The notes under the pieces: generated by a model | Database searches by the model: none | What the model was told of the DNA's origin: nothing | Seen by the model: only the letters and a program-made list of their open reading frames with translations | Program-made: the position numbers and the translations under genes | In this document: positions 61,630 to 64,000 of the stretch, piece after piece | Numbering within the stretch: position 1 is the stretch's first letter | How the letters are laid out: every line of letters starts with the position of its first letter | Assembly (NCBI GenBank): GCA_963761885.1 | Contig: CAVXIN010000004.1 | Location: 17,994 to 81,993, forward strand | Direction: 5' to 3' | Source of the DNA: an uncultured Gemmatimonadales bacterium | GTDB lineage: Bacteria; Gemmatimonadota; Gemmatimonadetes; Gemmatimonadales; GWC2-71-9 | Length of the DNA: 64,000 bases

Positions 61630-62900
61630 CGGTCCTCGGCGGCCAGTGACCGCCGTAACCCGACTGCGATCCCCAGGTGGATCGGCAGCGCGAGCGCGAC
61701 CACCGGCCCGTTCACCTGATCCAACCCCGGCAGCGCCTGGATCACCAAACCAAGCACCGAAAGCAGGGCGACCACGTTGGCGAGAGCCAACGCCATCCCC
61801 CGCGGCCATCGGGCCCCCCCAAGAGCCAGCGGCCCCAGGATGCCGAGCGCGAGAACCAGGGGATTGAGCTGCAGGACATTCTCGTTGCGGTAGGCCATGG
61901 CGTGGTCGGTCAGGGCCCAGAGCCCCGTCAGGACCACTCCGCCCAGGCCCGCGATCAGTCCCCAGCTGGCGATCACGACGCCCAAACCCCGTCTTCCGGA
62001 CCGGCGTTGCCGCGCCCTCGAGCCCAGGATCACAGCGAGCATGCCGATCGCGATCCCGAGCATCAAGTACCAGTACAGCCACCTCGGGGCGGCAGCCGGT
62101 GGGAGCGGCGCGCTGGACTCGAACAACGTCCGCTCCCCCGCCACCAGCGGCACGCGCGCGCCGCCCTCGCCCGCGATCGTCACCTGGCGGACGTGTTCCC
62201 GCATCGCCATCGGCAGGAACATCTCCTCCCACGCCGAGATCGGGCGGTCGACGCCCTCGCCCGAGCGCGAGCAGCAGGCCGGTGAAGATGAGCGGGATCG
62301 TTGGCGGTGAGCCGCTGGGTGTGGAACCGGTAGGTGGTGCCCGACGGTAGCGATCGGGTCTGCGCGCCTGATCGCCCCGCCGATCACCCGGTCGAGCGCA
62401 TCGCGAACCCGGGTGGAGCAGTTGTCCCGGTAGTAGTCGTAGTGGTAGAACCGATGCTGTGGAAGCTCGTTCCAGCGGAGGAAGTCGCGCAGCTCGAGGC
62501 GCGCGGCGGTACGGGAGGTTGAGCTCCTGGAGCCAGACCGAGCGGTTGTCGCGCACGTAGGTCTGGAGGTACGGCTCGCGCGGGAAATCCGGCCATCCAG
62601 TACCACATCTCCCCTCGGATGAACCGGAGCAGGAAGTTCTCCTGCCCGAAGTCGAACAGGCCGTAGTTGTAGGCGGTGTCGGTCCGCTTCCGATGGATCG
62701 TCAATCCAGATCGCGTTGTGGCCGAACCGCTCCCACACCTGCCTGCCGGGGCCCATGGTCATCAGATAGACGCGGAGCTCGGACCCATCGGGTCGGGGCT
62801 GGGACGCCTGGGCTGCGGCCGGCGCCGGTCGCCCGAGCGCCAGCGCCATGACCACCAATACCCGCCACCGCCGCCGTATCGGCCGGCGAAGGTCGCTCAC
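61626..62900 (-). CDS. DUF4105 / Lnb-like lipoprotein N-acyltransferase (indels)
   Basis: TMGPG..WERFGHNAI, YNYGLFDF..FLLRF, YDYYRDNCSTRVRD, MFLP, four C-terminal TM helices. Confidence 0.8.
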   Translation of the reverse strand: MSDLRRPIRRRWRVLVVMALALGRPAPAAAQASQPRPDGSELRVYLMTMGPGRQVWERFGHNAIWIDDPSEADRHRLQLRPVRLRAGELPAPVHPRGDVVLDGRISRASRTSRPTCATTARSGSRSSTSRTAARLELRDFLRWNELPQHRFYHYDYYRDNCSTRVRDALDRVIGGAIRRADPIATVGHHLPVPHPAAHRQRSRSSSPACCSRSGEGVDRPISAWEEMFLPMAMREHVRQVTIAGEGGARVPLVAGERTLFESSAPLPPAAAPRWLYWYLMLGIAIGMLAVILGSRARQRRSGRRGLGVVIASWGLIAGLGGVVLTGLWALTDHAMAYRNENVLQLNPLVLALGILGPLALGGARWPRGMALALANVVALLSVLGLVIQALPGLDQVNGPVVALALPIHLGIAVGLRRSLAAEDR

Positions 62901-63926
62901 AGCTCCACGTCTCGGCCATCCTGCGCCGAGCGATAGATGGCGTCGACGACCTTGTGCAGGACGAGATGGTCCTGCAGCGTCGGCACCTTGGCCTCGCCGG
63001 CGATCGCGGCCTCGAAGTGGGCCCACTCGGCGCGGTACGACGCGGTGAATGCGTTCTCTCGGCTGCCGGAGCCGGTCGGCGACACATCCACCGGAACCCC
63101 GTGCAGCTCCTTCCACACGGTGAGCGGATTGATCGCCGCGCTTCCCTTGCTGCCCCGGAGGCCGACGCCGAACCGCTCGCCTTCACCGAGGTGGTGCCAG
63201 GTCACGTCCACGAACAGCGACATGCCGTTCTCGCAGACCACGAACGCGCTGCCGCACTGCTCTACCGCTCGATCCTTGCCCGGCACGTCGAGGCAGGCGC
63301 TCACCCGGACCGGCGCCGGATTGCCGCCCAGCCAGAGGCCCGAGATCGAGAATCGAGAGGCCGAGATCGAGCATGGCGCCGCCGCCGGCCTGGTCTCGCT
63401 TCTGCCGCCAGCCGAGCTGCGCGCGGCTGGGACGGAACACGTGCCAGCTGCCCCGCACGCTCTCGATCGTGCCGAGCTCGCCGCTCTGGACGAAGCTGCG
63501 CACGATCTGCACGTCGGGCCGGTAGCGATGGTTCATCCCGACCATGACGACCCGATTGCGCTTTTCCGCCGCCCGGATGATGCGCTGCGCGCTGGCGGCG
63601 GACATGGCGAGCGGCTTCTCGACCAGCACGTGGAGGTTGGCGGAGAGGGCGGCGAGGATGTGGGACTCGTGCAGGTGGTTGGGCGAGCAGATCACCACGG
63701 CATCGAGCGCCTCGAAGCGCAGCAGATCCTCGATGTCGTCGAACGCGTCCTTCACGCCGAAGCGGTCGGCCAGGGCGCGCGCCTTGGGCAGATCGGTGTC
63801 GCAGATCGCCTGGACCTCGATGGTCTTGAGCTTCTTGAGGACCGGCAGATGGGCGACCTGGGTGATCGCGCCGCCGCCGATGATCCCGACCTTGAGCCGC
63901 TCGTTGCCGGACCGACTCGCCGTCAT
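62897..63926 (-). CDS. Gfo/Idh/MocA oxidoreductase (indel near 63340)
   Basis: VGIIGGG, SPNHLH, HVLVEKP, GGGAMLDLG, C-terminal AIYRSA. Confidence 0.92.
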
Positions 63927-64000
63927 GCGCTCCTCCTGGGATGGAGCCTCAATAGAGCCGCTGAACCGAGGCCCCGGGATAGTAGGCCGCGAGGATGCGC

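Noticed and set aside
1..64000. Numerous frameshifts read as pseudogenes or programmed frameshifting
   Set aside because: They hit conserved housekeeping genes (prs, pth, rplY, smc), are single-base, come in patches and are not accompanied by in-frame stops or decay. This is typical of unpolished long-read errors.

Overview
High-GC bacterial chromosomal window. Gene content and style (many Hanks kinases with TolB-N/TPR tails, PKD lipoproteins, diderm envelope genes plus YlbF, DUF2232 and DAK2-DegV) most resemble Gemmatimonadota; this is inference. Many genes, including conserved housekeeping ones (prs, pth, rplY, smc), carry single-base indels that look like long-read assembly errors, so gene bounds were reconstructed across frames. 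Left arm: a tightly coupled minus-strand operon trxA-rsmI-DUF4159-DUF4175-TPR-Tat GATase-like protein-(JAB-DinG), then mce, pdxJ, a His-less Hpt-like protein, a UPF0104 membrane protein, ispE and tRNA-Gln(TTG). An integrase-free accessory block of about 17.5 kb separates tRNA-Gln from prs. It holds two Ser/Thr kinases, a kinase remnant, a zincin lipoprotein, two paralogous copper-radical-oxidase (AA5/galactose oxidase-like) lipoproteins sharing an unrecognised Cys-bracketed N-terminal domain, two paralogous PKD lipoproteins ending in a LecB/DUF4114-like acidic motif, and a SARP-STAND regulator with no sensor tail. This block is the best candidate for an undescribed surface glycan-oxidation/binding system. 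Right arm: prs-rplY-pth-ychF-MOSC, rpsF-rpsR-DUF2232-rplI, FakA-FakB fusion, rsfS, a zincin-PD40-Omp85 protein, SPOR protein, smc, aroF, lolA, two S41 peptidases, tmk, ylbF, prmC, prfA, rpmE, a PaaK/CapK-like ligase, Crp followed by a CRP-type box and an MBL hydrolase, an Lnb-like DUF4105 protein and a Gfo/Idh/MocA oxidoreductase. No CRISPR array, rRNA, transposase or integrase was seen.
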